Below the pieces are notes generated by a model. The model was not told the origin of the DNA. It was given only the letters and a program-made list of their open reading frames with translations, and did no database searches. 64,000 nucleotides of DNA from a virus. The stretch covers positions 4,079 to 68,078 of the IMG/VR virus record IMGVR_UViG_3300032291_002856, one strand, 5' to 3'. Shown piece by piece: positions 16,739 through 27,823 of this stretch (within the stretch, counting starts at the first letter, position 1; the number at the start of each line of letters is the position of its first letter). The position numbers were made by a program, and so were the translations under genes.

Positions 16739-17042
16739 AGCGCACCTCCAAAGTGTAGGCATCGAACATAAACGCAATCCCTTTGTGCACGGCTACTAAG
16801 CGACAGTCCTCAAGTACGACAACAAGAGCACCGGCATCGCAGACAAGTCGTATACACTTCGGAGTATAGGACTTACCTTCAGCACTCTTTCTCTTAGTTG
16901 GCGGATTTACTAACGCGGTTAACTTCTGCAGCTCTACCGACAAAAGTTTTGTGCTGAACTCTAGCCCGTCGAACCGAATCAGCACCTCTCGTCCGCAAAG
17001 CGGATCAAGAAGTGCCTGTTCTGGAAATTCTTTGCGCTTCAT
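16728..17042 (-). CDS. hypothetical protein
   Basis: 104-aa ORF coupled to its neighbours. Confidence 0.55.
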   Translation of the reverse strand: MKRKEFPEQALLDPLCGREVLIRFDGLEFSTKLLSVELQKLTALVNPPTKRKSAEGKSYTPKCIRLVCDAGALVVVLEDCRLVAVHKGIAFMFDAYTLEVRCVD

Positions 17043-17644
17043 ACGTCCTCTATCATCTCCTTAAACCGTTCCAAGGTCATAAGATAATATACCACGTAGT
17101 CAACTAAGACACAAACAACGCCGGGTGGTTCTTTGCATAGTAGAGAACGTTCTAAAGGCATTGCAAAAGTCTTTGCTTTGCTCTTACTGAAGTCCAATAC
17201 ATGCGGAGTTTCTACGACGTTCTTTACTACTTTCTGCAAGTCTATCGACCTGATCAAAACATAATCGTCTTGTCGCGCATGATATCTGTAAACAAGCATT
17301 CCAAAGACAGCGCTCATTTGCTGTGCTTCTAAATGAATCTTAGAAAGCCAGGCCTTGCTTATAGATATCGACGGCCCGTGACGATCAAAAAGTTCAGTAA
17401 GCTTGCACTCAATCACGTACCTACCTGGACGGTTGCTAAACAAGACCGTCACGTCTCCTTTAGTACTGCCCGCTCCGGACTGAGGAGTCCTATCTCCTCC
17501 CAAATACTTAGCAACTCTACGCTCCATAGCCTTTGCTCTTTGACGATTAAGGCGGTTGCGTTCTTTACGCTCCGCCTTCAATTCGTCTAGAGCAGCTTTA
17601 CTAGTTATGGGCTTGCTGACTACTGAACTTTTGCGTACTCCCAT
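17039..17644 (-). CDS. PD-(D/E)xK Holliday junction resolvase-like endonuclease
   Basis: AMERRVAKYLGG...SGAG..KGDV...IECK. Confidence 0.75.
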   Translation of the reverse strand: MGVRKSSVVSKPITSKAALDELKAERKERNRLNRQRAKAMERRVAKYLGGDRTPQSGAGSTKGDVTVLFSNRPGRYVIECKLTELFDRHGPSISISKAWLSKIHLEAQQMSAVFGMLVYRYHARQDDYVLIRSIDLQKVVKNVVETPHVLDFSKSKAKTFAMPLERSLLCKEPPGVVCVLVDYVVYYLMTLERFKEMIEDV

Positions 17645-18806
17645 TAAATATCACCGTGCTCATTCCAAGTTTACCGTTACGGTTCTTGTGAAATTTTAAA
17701 CTTATAGCCCTGTTACCATTGTCGTCCGAGATGTCATCAATTGGTGCCATTTCAATGACGGCGTCAGCTACCTGCGCTACCTCTCCGGAATCGCGTACGG
17801 CATCTAATCCTTCGCGTCCTTTTGTCATTTGACTAAGGACAACGACAGAAATGTTAGCTTCTTTAGCGGCTTCTTTCAACGTCTGTGCCACCTCGCCAAG
17901 ATCGTTATTGCGGTTACCCATCGAAGAGTGCCTGACAATCTGTAAGTAGTCGAGAAAAACTACCTTACAGCCTAAGCGTGACGCATCTCTGATTTCTTTT
18001 CGTATAGTTGACAAGCCTACCGTGGGGTCGTCTATTACAGACATCGGCAGGGACTGCAGATACATAACCGCTTGCTCAATTTTATCAGCTTGTTCCTTTG
18101 TTACTCTGCCAAACTGCAGAGAACTGGCGTCTAGCTTGAGTAAGTAAGCAACCCAGCGAGAGATCAACTGTTCTTTACTCATCTCAAGAGAAAAGAAAAG
18201 AGAACGGGTGTTGTATTGGCGGGCCATTTCTAGCATTGACTGCCCAATTAAAGCCGTCTTGCCTGTGCCTGGCTTTGCCATAATGATGTTAAGCGTCTTA
18301 GGAAGCCACTCGCCACCAAGCATCGAGTCTAAAAACTTAATGCCGGTGTGAGTAAATTTGTAGCTTCCGTCAACTTTTTGATTCAGATCTCCAAGCATTC
18401 TTTGAGCACCCGGCACCAAGGTTGTGTCGTGGGCTTGGATAATCGGCGGGAAGTTTAAGACCTGCTCAACCTTCTCCTCATTCGGATAATACTGCCTAGA
18501 CTCAAAATCAAGCGACTTCGCTGCCTCAAATAACTGCCGACGACGAGCTATGATACCTAACTCGTCAATCACTGCTTGCTGATTCACCGTAACTTGCACA
18601 AGCATTTGAGCAGGCACGTCCCCAGCAAGAGCCATGCGCATAACTTCGTAAGAACACTCACCATAACGAACATATGCTTCTTTCATTGCCAGGATAATAT
18701 CCTTGCGCTCGTCTGTAAAAAGCGCAGGAGTTATCATGTGAAGCATTTCTGGGTTACCCATAAGCGATGAAAGCAATCGCCACTCAGCGTCCGTGTCGTA
18801 GTACAT
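17601..18806 (-). CDS. dnaB: DnaB-like replicative helicase
   Basis: AKPGTGKT, FFSLEMS, FLDYLQ, LSQM, RDSGEVAQVAD and KNRNG. Confidence 0.93.
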   Translation of the reverse strand: MYYDTDAEWRLLSSLMGNPEMLHMITPALFTDERKDIILAMKEAYVRYGECSYEVMRMALAGDVPAQMLVQVTVNQQAVIDELGIIARRRQLFEAAKSLDFESRQYYPNEEKVEQVLNFPPIIQAHDTTLVPGAQRMLGDLNQKVDGSYKFTHTGIKFLDSMLGGEWLPKTLNIIMAKPGTGKTALIGQSMLEMARQYNTRSLFFSLEMSKEQLISRWVAYLLKLDASSLQFGRVTKEQADKIEQAVMYLQSLPMSVIDDPTVGLSTIRKEIRDASRLGCKVVFLDYLQIVRHSSMGNRNNDLGEVAQTLKEAAKEANISVVVLSQMTKGREGLDAVRDSGEVAQVADAVIEMAPIDDISDDNGNRAISLKFHKNRNGKLGMSTVIFNGSTQKFSSQQAHN

Positions 18807-19716
18807 ACGGTCTCCTTAATAAGCGTGCCCACTCGTTGTACGGTAGAGCCTTGTCTACTACCAGTCTAAGCTCTTCTGGACCCTTTGTCAATAAGTAAGT
18901 ATCCAGATCCATCTTTTTTTCCTTACCCAGAGGCAGTGTTGCTACCTTTAGCTCGGGAATCTTAGAAGCCAGCTTATCAATCGCCTGGTTTACCGACTCC
19001 CTTACCGAAGGATCGTTTTGAGAGTCGAACAAGACCGTTTGAGAACCTTTAGACATCGTACGAATACGCCATCTCCATGTAGATATTCCAGGTACTCCAA
19101 CAGTGGAAAACCCAAACTGAGCAGCCACAATTGTCTTTATTTCGCCCTCAGTTATCAAGTGGTCAGTCGCCAAGGAATTAGCGTTGTAAGGCCATTCCGA
19201 TGCTCCTCTAGCAGCAGTACCTCCAAAAGGTCCTTTATACTTAGGATCTGAATTGTCGACTGATCTTGCTCGTATGTCTACAACTTCACCACTAATTGGA
19301 TTGAAGTAAGGAAATGTCAATCTCCCTGCAAGGACTGGGCTGTGGGCTGAGTTGTATAACCCACTGCGTATACCTAAATCAGCAAAAAATCTACCGTGCC
19401 TGTCTGACTCGGGACAGTACCCGATACAATACTTCTCAATACTTTCTTCACTGATTCCACGCGACAAAGCGTAGCGAAGAGCCGCACCGTCTAAGCACGA
19501 GTGATAATACTTAGACACAACAGTGTAGAATTCGCGTATCTCAAGCAATTCGGCGGAGTCTTTTGCAAAAGACACGGTAGAGTCTTGATCGTTGTCTGAC
19601 TTTGTCGGAGTTGACCGATAACCGCAATTAAAGCAATAGCTTACATCGTTGTCTGGAGTGACATACAAATTGTCTCCACCGCATTGAGGGCAGTCTGTTT
19701 TGTATCCTCGTGCCAT
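18784..19716 (-). CDS. DNA primase (Zn finger + Toprim)
   Basis: CPQC...YCFNC, YALSRGI, RLTFP, PKY, ITEGEIK, LFDS and KMDLD. Confidence 0.88.
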   Translation of the reverse strand: MARGYKTDCPQCGGDNLYVTPDNDVSYCFNCGYRSTPTKSDNDQDSTVSFAKDSAELLEIREFYTVVSKYYHSCLDGAALRYALSRGISEESIEKYCIGYCPESDRHGRFFADLGIRSGLYNSAHSPVLAGRLTFPYFNPISGEVVDIRARSVDNSDPKYKGPFGGTAARGASEWPYNANSLATDHLITEGEIKTIVAAQFGFSTVGVPGISTWRWRIRTMSKGSQTVLFDSQNDPSVRESVNQAIDKLASKIPELKVATLPLGKEKKMDLDTYLLTKGPEELRLVVDKALPYNEWARLLRRPYVLRHGR

Positions 19717-19726
19717 ATCCACCTCA

Positions 19727-19763
19727 AATAAAAAAGCTGGGCGGTGTTTTCACACCGCCCAGC
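19727..19763 (-). terminator. rho-independent terminator after the SSB gene
   Basis: Perfect 12-bp stem GCTGGGCGGTGT/ACACCGCCCAGC followed by a T-run on the - strand. Confidence 0.85.
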
Positions 19764-19772
19764 AGTTTAAAC

Positions 19773-20648
19773 CTACTCGTCAAACAACGTATCCGCGCTA
19801 GGGACTGATGCGGTCTTTGACTTTGGACTATCGATTGCGGACTTTACAACGTCTGCAACATTCTTAGAAGTCTCGAGCAACCGAGGCATTGCAGTGATGT
19901 TGTAAGCGCGCAGTACTTCCGTGTAATCCATGCCCTTAAGGAGGTCCTTAATAGCATCAGGTGGGAAAGGTTTAGCGTAGCCCTCAATGTCGTACATTGG
20001 CAGACTCAGCACATCAGAAGGAATAGGATCACGATTAGCACCGACGTAAACTGCGCGATTGGTGTTAAGGCCCTTCCCACGAGTAACAATTTCGATGTCT
20101 ACCATCGTGATTGGAATCAACTCGTTCGTGTCGTCATCAAATACTGACTTACTAAGTTCCTCAATTTCATTAAGGAGGCCATTCCGACCTTGTCCTGAAG
20201 AAACAGAGCCTTCCAGCACTTGCACCTGCATGTTACGCTCAGGCTTCTTGCCAATAACCGGAACTACTTCGCCACTCTGTGACGTCAGATATTGATTCTG
20301 ATTGTTTCCGTAAATCAACGAGCCGTCGTCAAGCTTCACTACCATGCTTTTGTCAAGCACGTTCATAAAGAACCGGCGTCGAACGCCGTCGTTATACTGC
20401 TTAGGAAGCAGAGAACGAGCCGAGTAATCAAGAAAGATTCGACGCATAACATCAACCTCTCCCTTTTTAGCCGTAATCCACACAGACAGTACTGTCTGAC
20501 CCAAGAGCGGTTCACTTGTGTTTTGTGGATCAGGAAGAAACCGAATCACACGCTTACCTTCGCGCACGTCAATGAATGGATTTTTGCCGTTTGATGAGCC
20601 TGCCGTCTGCTGTTGCGATGCCCCGCCAATCATCTTACCGAATGCCAT
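19773..20648 (-). CDS. putative single-stranded DNA-binding protein
   Basis: RVIRFLP motif, DIEIVTRGKGLNT, acidic tail DTLFDE and position beside the primase. The likely start is MAFGK at 20648. Confidence 0.65.
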   Translation of the reverse strand: MAFGKMIGGASQQQTAGSSNGKNPFIDVREGKRVIRFLPDPQNTSEPLLGQTVLSVWITAKKGEVDVMRRIFLDYSARSLLPKQYNDGVRRRFFMNVLDKSMVVKLDDGSLIYGNNQNQYLTSQSGEVVPVIGKKPERNMQVQVLEGSVSSGQGRNGLLNEIEELSKSVFDDDTNELIPITMVDIEIVTRGKGLNTNRAVYVGANRDPIPSDVLSLPMYDIEGYAKPFPPDAIKDLLKGMDYTEVLRAYNITAMPRLLETSKNVADVVKSAIDSPKSKTASVPSADTLFDE

Positions 20649-20794
20649 TGTCTTTCTCCTGCATTGCGACGAGTTCTCTCGCCATAGAATTAAGTTCGTC
20701 AAGCACTGCTTTCCGTACTTCGCTATTGATATTACCACTAGCCTCGAGCCGTGTCAATAGTCTCTTGGCATATTTCTTTGCCAACTGCTCAATC

Positions 20795-22012
20795 TTATTT
20801 AAATTCTCCATTTATAATCTCCACGAATTGCTGAGCAATCACAGGCCACTTAAACTTTTCCTGATTGATATGCTTCATTCCCTTCGCTCCAAGAGTTTTT
20901 CTGTATTCTTCGTCAATAAACAGTTTATGCAGAGAAGCGACTGCACTTTCCATTTCAGTTACATGGTGAATCGTGTTAAGGCCCCGATCGGTTAGCGAAG
21001 GGAACGGATAAACATCCATGTAATGAGCGTTACCTTCAGGCCACTCGGCCAAGGCAGAGTGATTTGGTAAGATAACTGGAACACCTGCCGCCATTGCTTC
21101 GGATGCTGGTAAGCACCAACCTTCTGCAGCTGTTGTGGTAAAGAAGACGTCCGCGGTATTGTAAACCAAGTTCAACTGCTGAGGACTAAGCCCCGCATCA
21201 GGACGGAGATTTGGTGACGAAATGGCAAGACGATCTTCAATTCCGAGGTACTCGCACCATTGAATGATGTCAATTCCAAAATCTTGCAAAGCGCCGTGGT
21301 AATAGATCTTTACCTGCTTTGGAAGATTGTAACGCTTGACCCACTCAGCAAAATAAAAGAAAGTGAGATCCAAACGTTTACGAGGCTGATTGCGCTGCAA
21401 ACACAAAACAATATAGTCGTCTTCGCTCAGATTCATCTGATCTCTGACTTGTTTGCGACTCAGATTCAGCTTGTGAAAAATCTCAGTGTCTACTCCGTGC
21501 GGCACAACCGCGACATTGCTCAAGCCGAGGTGCTTGCCGGCATTGTCAAATCTGTACTCAAGTTGATTTTTTCCGAAGTTAGTGTAAGTGACCACACGGT
21601 CGTAAAGGCGGAGACCGTCAACAAAGTCCTGTTTAATGTTTTCAGCATCAACAGGAGTGTACACAAAAAACTTTGTATTGAGGTCAGGATTTTGTTCTTT
21701 TAGGTTAGTAAATATCTTTGCGTAGTCCATCGCAATCCAAGGATCGTTGAGAACAAACAGGATGTCTGGACGAACTTTCATCAAGATTTCGCCAAGCCTG
21801 GTTTTTCCCCAAATATCGCCACCGCTCCCGCTAGCCGGATACACACGAAGACCGTCCAATAAAGGACTGTAGTCACCGTAGAAATTAACAGCTAGCACAT
21901 GCATCTCATAATGCTTTCTGAAGGTGTTAATCAGATTATTAGCAACAACACCAAAACCAGTCTGAACCGGAAAATCACCCACAAAAAGCATTTTTGGAAT
22001 TACCTTACCCAT
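20795..22012 (-). CDS. glycosyltransferase family 4 (GT-B)
   Basis: TGFGVV, VPHGVD, RNQPRK and EGWCLPASEAMAAGVPVI (ExxxxxxxE). Confidence 0.9.
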   Translation of the reverse strand: MGKVIPKMLFVGDFPVQTGFGVVANNLINTFRKHYEMHVLAVNFYGDYSPLLDGLRVYPASGSGGDIWGKTRLGEILMKVRPDILFVLNDPWIAMDYAKIFTNLKEQNPDLNTKFFVYTPVDAENIKQDFVDGLRLYDRVVTYTNFGKNQLEYRFDNAGKHLGLSNVAVVPHGVDTEIFHKLNLSRKQVRDQMNLSEDDYIVLCLQRNQPRKRLDLTFFYFAEWVKRYNLPKQVKIYYHGALQDFGIDIIQWCEYLGIEDRLAISSPNLRPDAGLSPQQLNLVYNTADVFFTTTAAEGWCLPASEAMAAGVPVILPNHSALAEWPEGNAHYMDVYPFPSLTDRGLNTIHHVTEMESAVASLHKLFIDEEYRKTLGAKGMKHINQEKFKWPVIAQQFVEIINGEFK

Positions 22013-22020
22013 AGAGCCTC

Positions 22021-22605
22021 CTAATAAATTTTAGTTCCAATAATAGTATTCAAAGGCTGTCTTGTTGCTTTTGGCTGTGCTATTCTTGTCTTGAATAACG
22101 TCTCAAGCTCAGACAGTAAATGATCAAGGACATGGTTCATTGACTTAGAACTTTCCGTATTGGTGTATCTAATGTCTTCAGTAGACCAGGAAACAAACGT
22201 TTGTGAGCTAGACGTCAACTTTGCTAAGTGAATTAAGTAAACGGCTGTAATTGTTATTGCTTCTTCGTCAGCTTGCTCAATAATAGGCGGACTGGGTTGC
22301 TCAAAATCTAAAAAAGGATTGCGAAAAACATCGTTTTCTTTTAGACTTGTTGGCATAAACGCATACCCATTAACTGTACTAGCCCAGAAATATCCTTGCT
22401 GAGCCGCGTTTGCAGGCTGCTCCGGAGCAATTAATCCGGAACTCCATATCTGATACTTAGCTCTCCAACGTTTTTGCAAAAATTTAACAGCGTTGACTAT
22501 CGAAGTTCTTACAAGTGCGTCTGAATTAGCAGTTCCATCAAAATCTCCTAGTCTCAACTTTATCCCATCGATGAGATAGTCCATATTTGTTACAGTAATT
22601 ATCAT
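22021..22605 (-). CDS. putative head-tail connector/adaptor
   Basis: LIDGIKLRLGD...SDALV N-terminus and SWSTEDIRYT, typical of gp6/gp15-like adaptors. Confidence 0.5.
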   Translation of the reverse strand: MIITVTNMDYLIDGIKLRLGDFDGTANSDALVRTSIVNAVKFLQKRWRAKYQIWSSGLIAPEQPANAAQQGYFWASTVNGYAFMPTSLKENDVFRNPFLDFEQPSPPIIEQADEEAITITAVYLIHLAKLTSSSQTFVSWSTEDIRYTNTESSKSMNHVLDHLLSELETLFKTRIAQPKATRQPLNTIIGTKIY

Positions 22606-22636
22606 CTATATCTCCATAATTATAAGTTTTTTAATT

Positions 22637-22963
22637 CTATCTGTCAAGCGGTGGTTGTGGCCACGTAACGTTTCCCCATCCTGCGGTGGCAACAAGAGCT
22701 GGCAGATCTCTAAGAGCCTGTCGATACTCTCGCCACTCAAGTAGTTTGTCAGTGGTTAACCCGGTATCCGGCAGCTGAGTCCAGTCACTCTCGTACAGAA
22801 ACGTGTTGCGTCTCGTCCGGAGTTCTCGCAGGGCTTGCACAAACGTAAAAGGTTTCTCTTGGACAACACTCCCCTCGGGCAGAGGGGCAGAGTATGGCGT
22901 ACCATACTCATCCCAATAACCAAACGTAATTGTCTCTGGGTCATAAATTTTAAAAATAATCAT
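22637..22963 (-). CDS. tail fibre assembly chaperone
   Basis: LRTRRNTFLYESDWTQLPD...WREYRQALRDLP...WPQPP. Confidence 0.85.
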   Translation of the reverse strand: MIIFKIYDPETITFGYWDEYGTPYSAPLPEGSVVQEKPFTFVQALRELRTRRNTFLYESDWTQLPDTGLTTDKLLEWREYRQALRDLPALVATAGWGNVTWPQPPLDR

Positions 22964-25482
22964 TATACACCTATAGCCTGGAATATATTCATAATTGGGG
23001 ATGGTGCTGCGAAGGCTTCATTACTGACATTTAAAGTTGTGTTTGATGATGGTGTAAGAGTGACTTTGTAGGTTGAACCGGCTGAAGCCCAAAATCCAAT
23101 GTTGAAGTTAAAAATGTAGCCCCCACCAGTACTTAAACCAGCCCCGTGTAAAGTACTTACGTAGTTAACAGTCCCTCGTGTCAAACTCATACGAAGACTT
23201 GTCAAGTTAGCAACTGTTGCAAAAGTTGCTGAAAACATATAATAACCAGCATTGTCTATAGTAATGGTGTCGGTAGAGACTGATATATTTTTAGAACGAA
23301 CTATACCATTCGATGTATCCCACACAATAGTTGTACCAGCAGTCGTAATTGCTAGCGTAGCGGTTCTTCTGACTGTAATATAGCCCATGGCATCGGAGGT
23401 TAATTTACCGGTGCTTGAGACTTTAAATCTGTAATCACCTGCACCATCATTAGCCACGTTTAAGGTATCCTCACCATATAGGTCTGTGGTTGCAGTAACA
23501 GTTCTGCCGTAGACATTATTCAGCGACGTAATATTCCCGTTTGTCGATATGTCTCCAGTTGTATTTACTATTTGCGCTACAGCTGGCGCTGCTCCTATTA
23601 AAAGGTTCCCCTCCACTCTAGTATTTCCAACAACATCTAACGTGCCTGCAATATGAGTATCCCCACTTGCTCCATTAACTCTAAAGACGTGAGGAGGGGG
23701 ACCCACGTGTAGAGTTCCAGTTGTACCGTTTACGGTAAATACGTGATCGCCGGGCCCTACATGTAGATTTCCAGAAGCGTGTATGCGACCGAGTGTATTT
23801 ATATTTCCGTTAGATGCGTCTACTGTGAATGTGTCGGCGGTGTTGTTGTTTAGTAGCAGTCGATCTGGACCTAGTTTGTATCTTACTGTGTCGTCACTAT
23901 CAAACCCAATAAGAGCCCCCGGGGTTATATTCGGTTCGGGAGGATTTGGAGTTCTCCTTAACTGTAAATTTGCATTGTAAATATTAACGGCAGCTGAGTT
24001 CTCGACTCCGCTTGCTGGAAAGTTGAAATTAGTTATGCCGTTTAAGGCATTGTTCTCAATTTCCAAAGCGGTTGTCCCGTCTAGTTGTAAAACTGCTTGG
24101 GGGTTTGTTGCGTGAAAAGCGCCATTATACAAGGCCATACCGACAATATTACCACCACCTCCACTACCAGCAATTCGAAGTGTGTCTGTAATAGATGGTA
24201 AATTACTATCAGCGACATCCCCAATTTTTATGCCGGTACTATCTAATCTTGCTTTACCTGCCGAAATGTACCCACTTGGTACTGTGATGTACCCGTTTGT
24301 TCCTACCGTAACACCGCTGTTCACTACTAAAGTACCCATTTTAGCAGCGACTGCATCAAGCTGTGCGACATTAAGCCTATCTGCTGTAATTCCACTTACA
24401 GCTATATTGGTTGAAGTAATGGTGCCAGCTGTTATCAGTTCGCCGCTAATGGTATTAGCTTGTATTCGATCACCAGTAATCGTATTAGCTGCTACGTGAT
24501 ACGCAGTAATCTGACCGCCTACAATGTTACTGGCATAGACAGAATCATCGGCGAGCTTTCCGGAAACAACAGCGCCTGAGGCGAGTGCTGCGGCTGTTAC
24601 TGCCTCTGCTCCGAGTAGCTCTGCGGTAATCCCGCTAAGCACAATCTTTTCGGCTGTGATTACTCGAGCGGCTAGGTTGTCTGCAGTGATGCCGCTTACT
24701 GCTATTTGAGTTGCAGTGATTGTCCCGGCGGCTATCTTGTTTGCAAATATAGTGCCATCGCGAATAAGTACTCCGGAGATTGTACCGTCAACAATCTTAG
24801 ATCCGTCGATGCTCTTAGCACCTATAAGTTCAGGCCCAACAACAATACTGTCGGAGACCTGCAACGCAATGGTATCGATCAGTGACGCACTAACATGGTA
24901 CGCTTTTATTGACCCGACTTCTAAATCAAAAGCTTGCACAGTCTTTCTTGGCAGCATTTGACTTAACGCGTAAGCACTTGAGCCTGAGTGCGTAACAGTA
25001 ATTGCATTAGCGACTACTGGAAATGGAAACGATATTTTGTACGTTCCTGGCTCAGGAAGAGAGATCCAGTAAGCTTCGGGATTTTCGGGAGTGTCTGCAG
25101 AGTAACTAGCTAGAAGTAGATCATTATTCTGATTTTCTCCCGATACCGTATACGGAGCTGAAATAAAAGCCGGATTTGTATCTGCAAGGTATTCACTAAG
25201 TTGCACGTAAACGTTAGTTGAGCCACTATAAACAGTAACAGTCAGCCCTCCAAATCGCTCGCTAACGTCAGAATAGATAGCGGTTTTGTGTAAACCCGCT
25301 TCGTAAAATAACCAGTTGTCCGTTCGATCATCGTACAGATTATCCGAGCTGAGAGATCCTGTAGTAACGGGCCACGTTATTCCTAAAGGTAATTGAATTT
25401 GATACCTATTGAAGCTTTCGGCATATTTATATGGAGCTCCTGATTCGCTGTTATGAATTTTATCAAAATAATCTTCTATCAT
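22963..25482 (-). CDS. tail fibre / receptor-binding protein
   Basis: Long run of ~10-aa ITA(D/E)KI-type beta-helix repeats, tandem LHVGP..HVF.VNG repeats and a C-terminal jelly-roll-like head. The fibre chaperone follows it. Confidence 0.8.
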   Translation of the reverse strand: MIEDYFDKIHNSESGAPYKYAESFNRYQIQLPLGITWPVTTGSLSSDNLYDDRTDNWLFYEAGLHKTAIYSDVSERFGGLTVTVYSGSTNVYVQLSEYLADTNPAFISAPYTVSGENQNNDLLLASYSADTPENPEAYWISLPEPGTYKISFPFPVVANAITVTHSGSSAYALSQMLPRKTVQAFDLEVGSIKAYHVSASLIDTIALQVSDSIVVGPELIGAKSIDGSKIVDGTISGVLIRDGTIFANKIAAGTITATQIAVSGITADNLAARVITAEKIVLSGITAELLGAEAVTAAALASGAVVSGKLADDSVYASNIVGGQITAYHVAANTITGDRIQANTISGELITAGTITSTNIAVSGITADRLNVAQLDAVAAKMGTLVVNSGVTVGTNGYITVPSGYISAGKARLDSTGIKIGDVADSNLPSITDTLRIAGSGGGGNIVGMALYNGAFHATNPQAVLQLDGTTALEIENNALNGITNFNFPASGVENSAAVNIYNANLQLRRTPNPPEPNITPGALIGFDSDDTVRYKLGPDRLLLNNNTADTFTVDASNGNINTLGRIHASGNLHVGPGDHVFTVNGTTGTLHVGPPPHVFRVNGASGDTHIAGTLDVVGNTRVEGNLLIGAAPAVAQIVNTTGDISTNGNITSLNNVYGRTVTATTDLYGEDTLNVANDGAGDYRFKVSSTGKLTSDAMGYITVRRTATLAITTAGTTIVWDTSNGIVRSKNISVSTDTITIDNAGYYMFSATFATVANLTSLRMSLTRGTVNYVSTLHGAGLSTGGGYIFNFNIGFWASAGSTYKVTLTPSSNTTLNVSNEAFAAPSPIMNIFQAIGV

Positions 25483-25498
25483 CTATTAACCTCACTAC

Positions 25499-27823
25499 TC
25501 ACGATATTGTAAAAGTGTGAACAAACACTAACCCTGTGTAAAATTTCTGACTTGTACTTGCAAACGACACGTATTGCATGGTATACAGATTAAAATTGGT
25601 TGTCTGTGCAATTGGAATTAATCCGGTGACTACGTAGACACTGTAAAAACCTTTCGGTATTGCTGCTTTTGCAGGAAGAGCTAAAATCGATTTAACAGCA
25701 TTCTGTAACTTAGTGCGCGATAAGGTAAGTTTAAACAGATCTGTGCTTGGTTCGTATACGTAACTCTCGTAGTAGTCTTTTAAATTTCTAATTTTGCTGT
25801 TATTAAGGCTATAACGCCAGTCTTGTCCAGCAGGAGCATGTCTAAGAATTATGTATCCCTTTTCCATAAAAAACGGATTTGAAGATTTAGCATCTTTATC
25901 ATAACCTGCCAAATAATTTAAAACACGATAGGAAAACAATCGAGTTCCGTTTTCGTTAAACTCAATTGTTTGACTTTTCAAGTCAGGTACGTCAGGAGCG
26001 TTAGCAAAAAGAACGCCGCCGGCAGCAGTTTGCAAATACTCGCGCTCATGAGCAGCCGCTGTCTGTATGTTATTAAATCCAAACAGTTGAAATTTTGGAT
26101 AATGCGGTACGTTTGGAAGTAACAAAGGGTTTTGAGTATCGTCGTAGTAAGTATCATAACTAGCTTTTTTAATTCTTCCCGTCAAAAAAATGCTTTGAAA
26201 GTAATTCGAAATTGACAAAGTTATGTACGAGCATTTTGCAATCATATACAAAGCTCTTTCATCCATGTTCTGCGGCCAAGTAAACTCGAGCCTGTAGCGC
26301 ATGCCGCTATCAGTATCGCCTACTTCTTTCAGCACTACTGAACATTTTACTAAATCTGCATTTTTTAAATAAGTATTATTTTTGGTAGAATTTCTTTGCG
26401 AATAAACCAGAAATCCTGTATTCGCGTCTTGAACTGCACTTGCTTTGTAAATTTTAGTAGTTCCGTTCGCTCCTGCAAGTTCTGTAGTTCTTCTTGTTTT
26501 CTTCAAGTCACTTAAAAAATCTCCAAATATTGACGCGGCTTCCACCGCGGAGCTGTAATTTATAGGATTTCTGTCGTCTCTACCATCGTCTTCCGATCTG
26601 AGAAACAATTGAAATTTGTACTTGTACTGAAGAGAAGCTAGATTTCTAACGCTTGAGGTAAACTCAACTGAAAACTTAAACGGATTATTTTCTAAAGATT
26701 TTTCTTTTTTTATAACGTGCCCAAACGAGTAGCTGTGCACAATCAGACCGTCTACTCTACCCAGCCTAGGCGTTGCCGTAAAGCTGTCAAACAAAAAGTC
26801 GTCAATAATGGGGGAGGTGTCATCATTTATAAAATAATCGTATGTAAAAGTCAATGAAGGGAAGGAAACGTCGTACCCACTGTGCTGAGAACCCGCATAA
26901 TCTTTTGCAAGCAAGCTTGTTTTGTATTCTGTAGATGTTAAAGAACCTACCTCTATCATAGGAGTTTCTTGAAATTTTTTAGGAGACCCTGTAAAGTAAC
27001 CCTTGATTCTCATTTTTCCCCTAGCTCCAGCTTTATACTCAAAATTAAAAGCGTCCAGAGCCGCGGTCATGCTAAAGTTATAATCGACTGTTGTATTTTC
27101 TAAGTCGATTTGAGATCTGTATTGCGGCAACATCCCGTCAAGTGTAATAATCGTATCTAATATCGCACCGGGCTCTTCAGCGTTAATATAGTAAATTCTA
27201 AGCTTTGCTGGAATATCTAAAGTGTAGAGCTCCCTTCTTACAAAAAGCCATAGTAACCTAGAATAATACTCCGGATTACTAAGCAATTCTTCATCTGCCA
27301 GAGGATCATTTAAAAAGTAATTATACGCTTCTTTCCAAGAAGTTTTAAAGATGTAATCGAAGATTGAAACTAATCCAGGTATAGGAAAGTAAATTGAAAA
27401 GTTGACAATGGTTGGAAGCTTTAATCCTTTTATCTCTGAGTTTTGAGTAATGTCTATGTTGAAAGTTCCGCCAACTTTAGGAACATTGTAGATTTTTGAT
27501 TTAGCTTCATTGCCCCCGTTAAGAAAGTCAAATTCAATCTCCATTCTATCCACAGCTTCTAATGTAGCTAAGTATCCATAAAGCTTAAACTGCGCCAAAA
27601 AAGGCTTTAAGGACAGATTAGTCCCAATTGATAAAGTCGTGCCTACTGTTGTAATCGTGTTAGGTATTGCTCTAAAGAACGTAAGAGTGTTTGCCGGGTT
27701 GTCCGGAAACTGGGTTAAGTTCGAGGCATACATGCTATCTTTTAAGTACTCGTTAACATCCGGGTACTTAAGATCTTTATTGTAGTCTAGGTCGATTCTC
27801 CTAGCTGATCTGTTTTTAGTCAT
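25499..27823 (-). CDS. putative tail structural protein
   Basis: 774-aa aromatic-rich ORF in the tail-tip module. Confidence 0.55.
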   Translation of the reverse strand: MTKNRSARRIDLDYNKDLKYPDVNEYLKDSMYASNLTQFPDNPANTLTFFRAIPNTITTVGTTLSIGTNLSLKPFLAQFKLYGYLATLEAVDRMEIEFDFLNGGNEAKSKIYNVPKVGGTFNIDITQNSEIKGLKLPTIVNFSIYFPIPGLVSIFDYIFKTSWKEAYNYFLNDPLADEELLSNPEYYSRLLWLFVRRELYTLDIPAKLRIYYINAEEPGAILDTIITLDGMLPQYRSQIDLENTTVDYNFSMTAALDAFNFEYKAGARGKMRIKGYFTGSPKKFQETPMIEVGSLTSTEYKTSLLAKDYAGSQHSGYDVSFPSLTFTYDYFINDDTSPIIDDFLFDSFTATPRLGRVDGLIVHSYSFGHVIKKEKSLENNPFKFSVEFTSSVRNLASLQYKYKFQLFLRSEDDGRDDRNPINYSSAVEAASIFGDFLSDLKKTRRTTELAGANGTTKIYKASAVQDANTGFLVYSQRNSTKNNTYLKNADLVKCSVVLKEVGDTDSGMRYRLEFTWPQNMDERALYMIAKCSYITLSISNYFQSIFLTGRIKKASYDTYYDDTQNPLLLPNVPHYPKFQLFGFNNIQTAAAHEREYLQTAAGGVLFANAPDVPDLKSQTIEFNENGTRLFSYRVLNYLAGYDKDAKSSNPFFMEKGYIILRHAPAGQDWRYSLNNSKIRNLKDYYESYVYEPSTDLFKLTLSRTKLQNAVKSILALPAKAAIPKGFYSVYVVTGLIPIAQTTNFNLYTMQYVSFASTSQKFYTGLVFVHTFTIS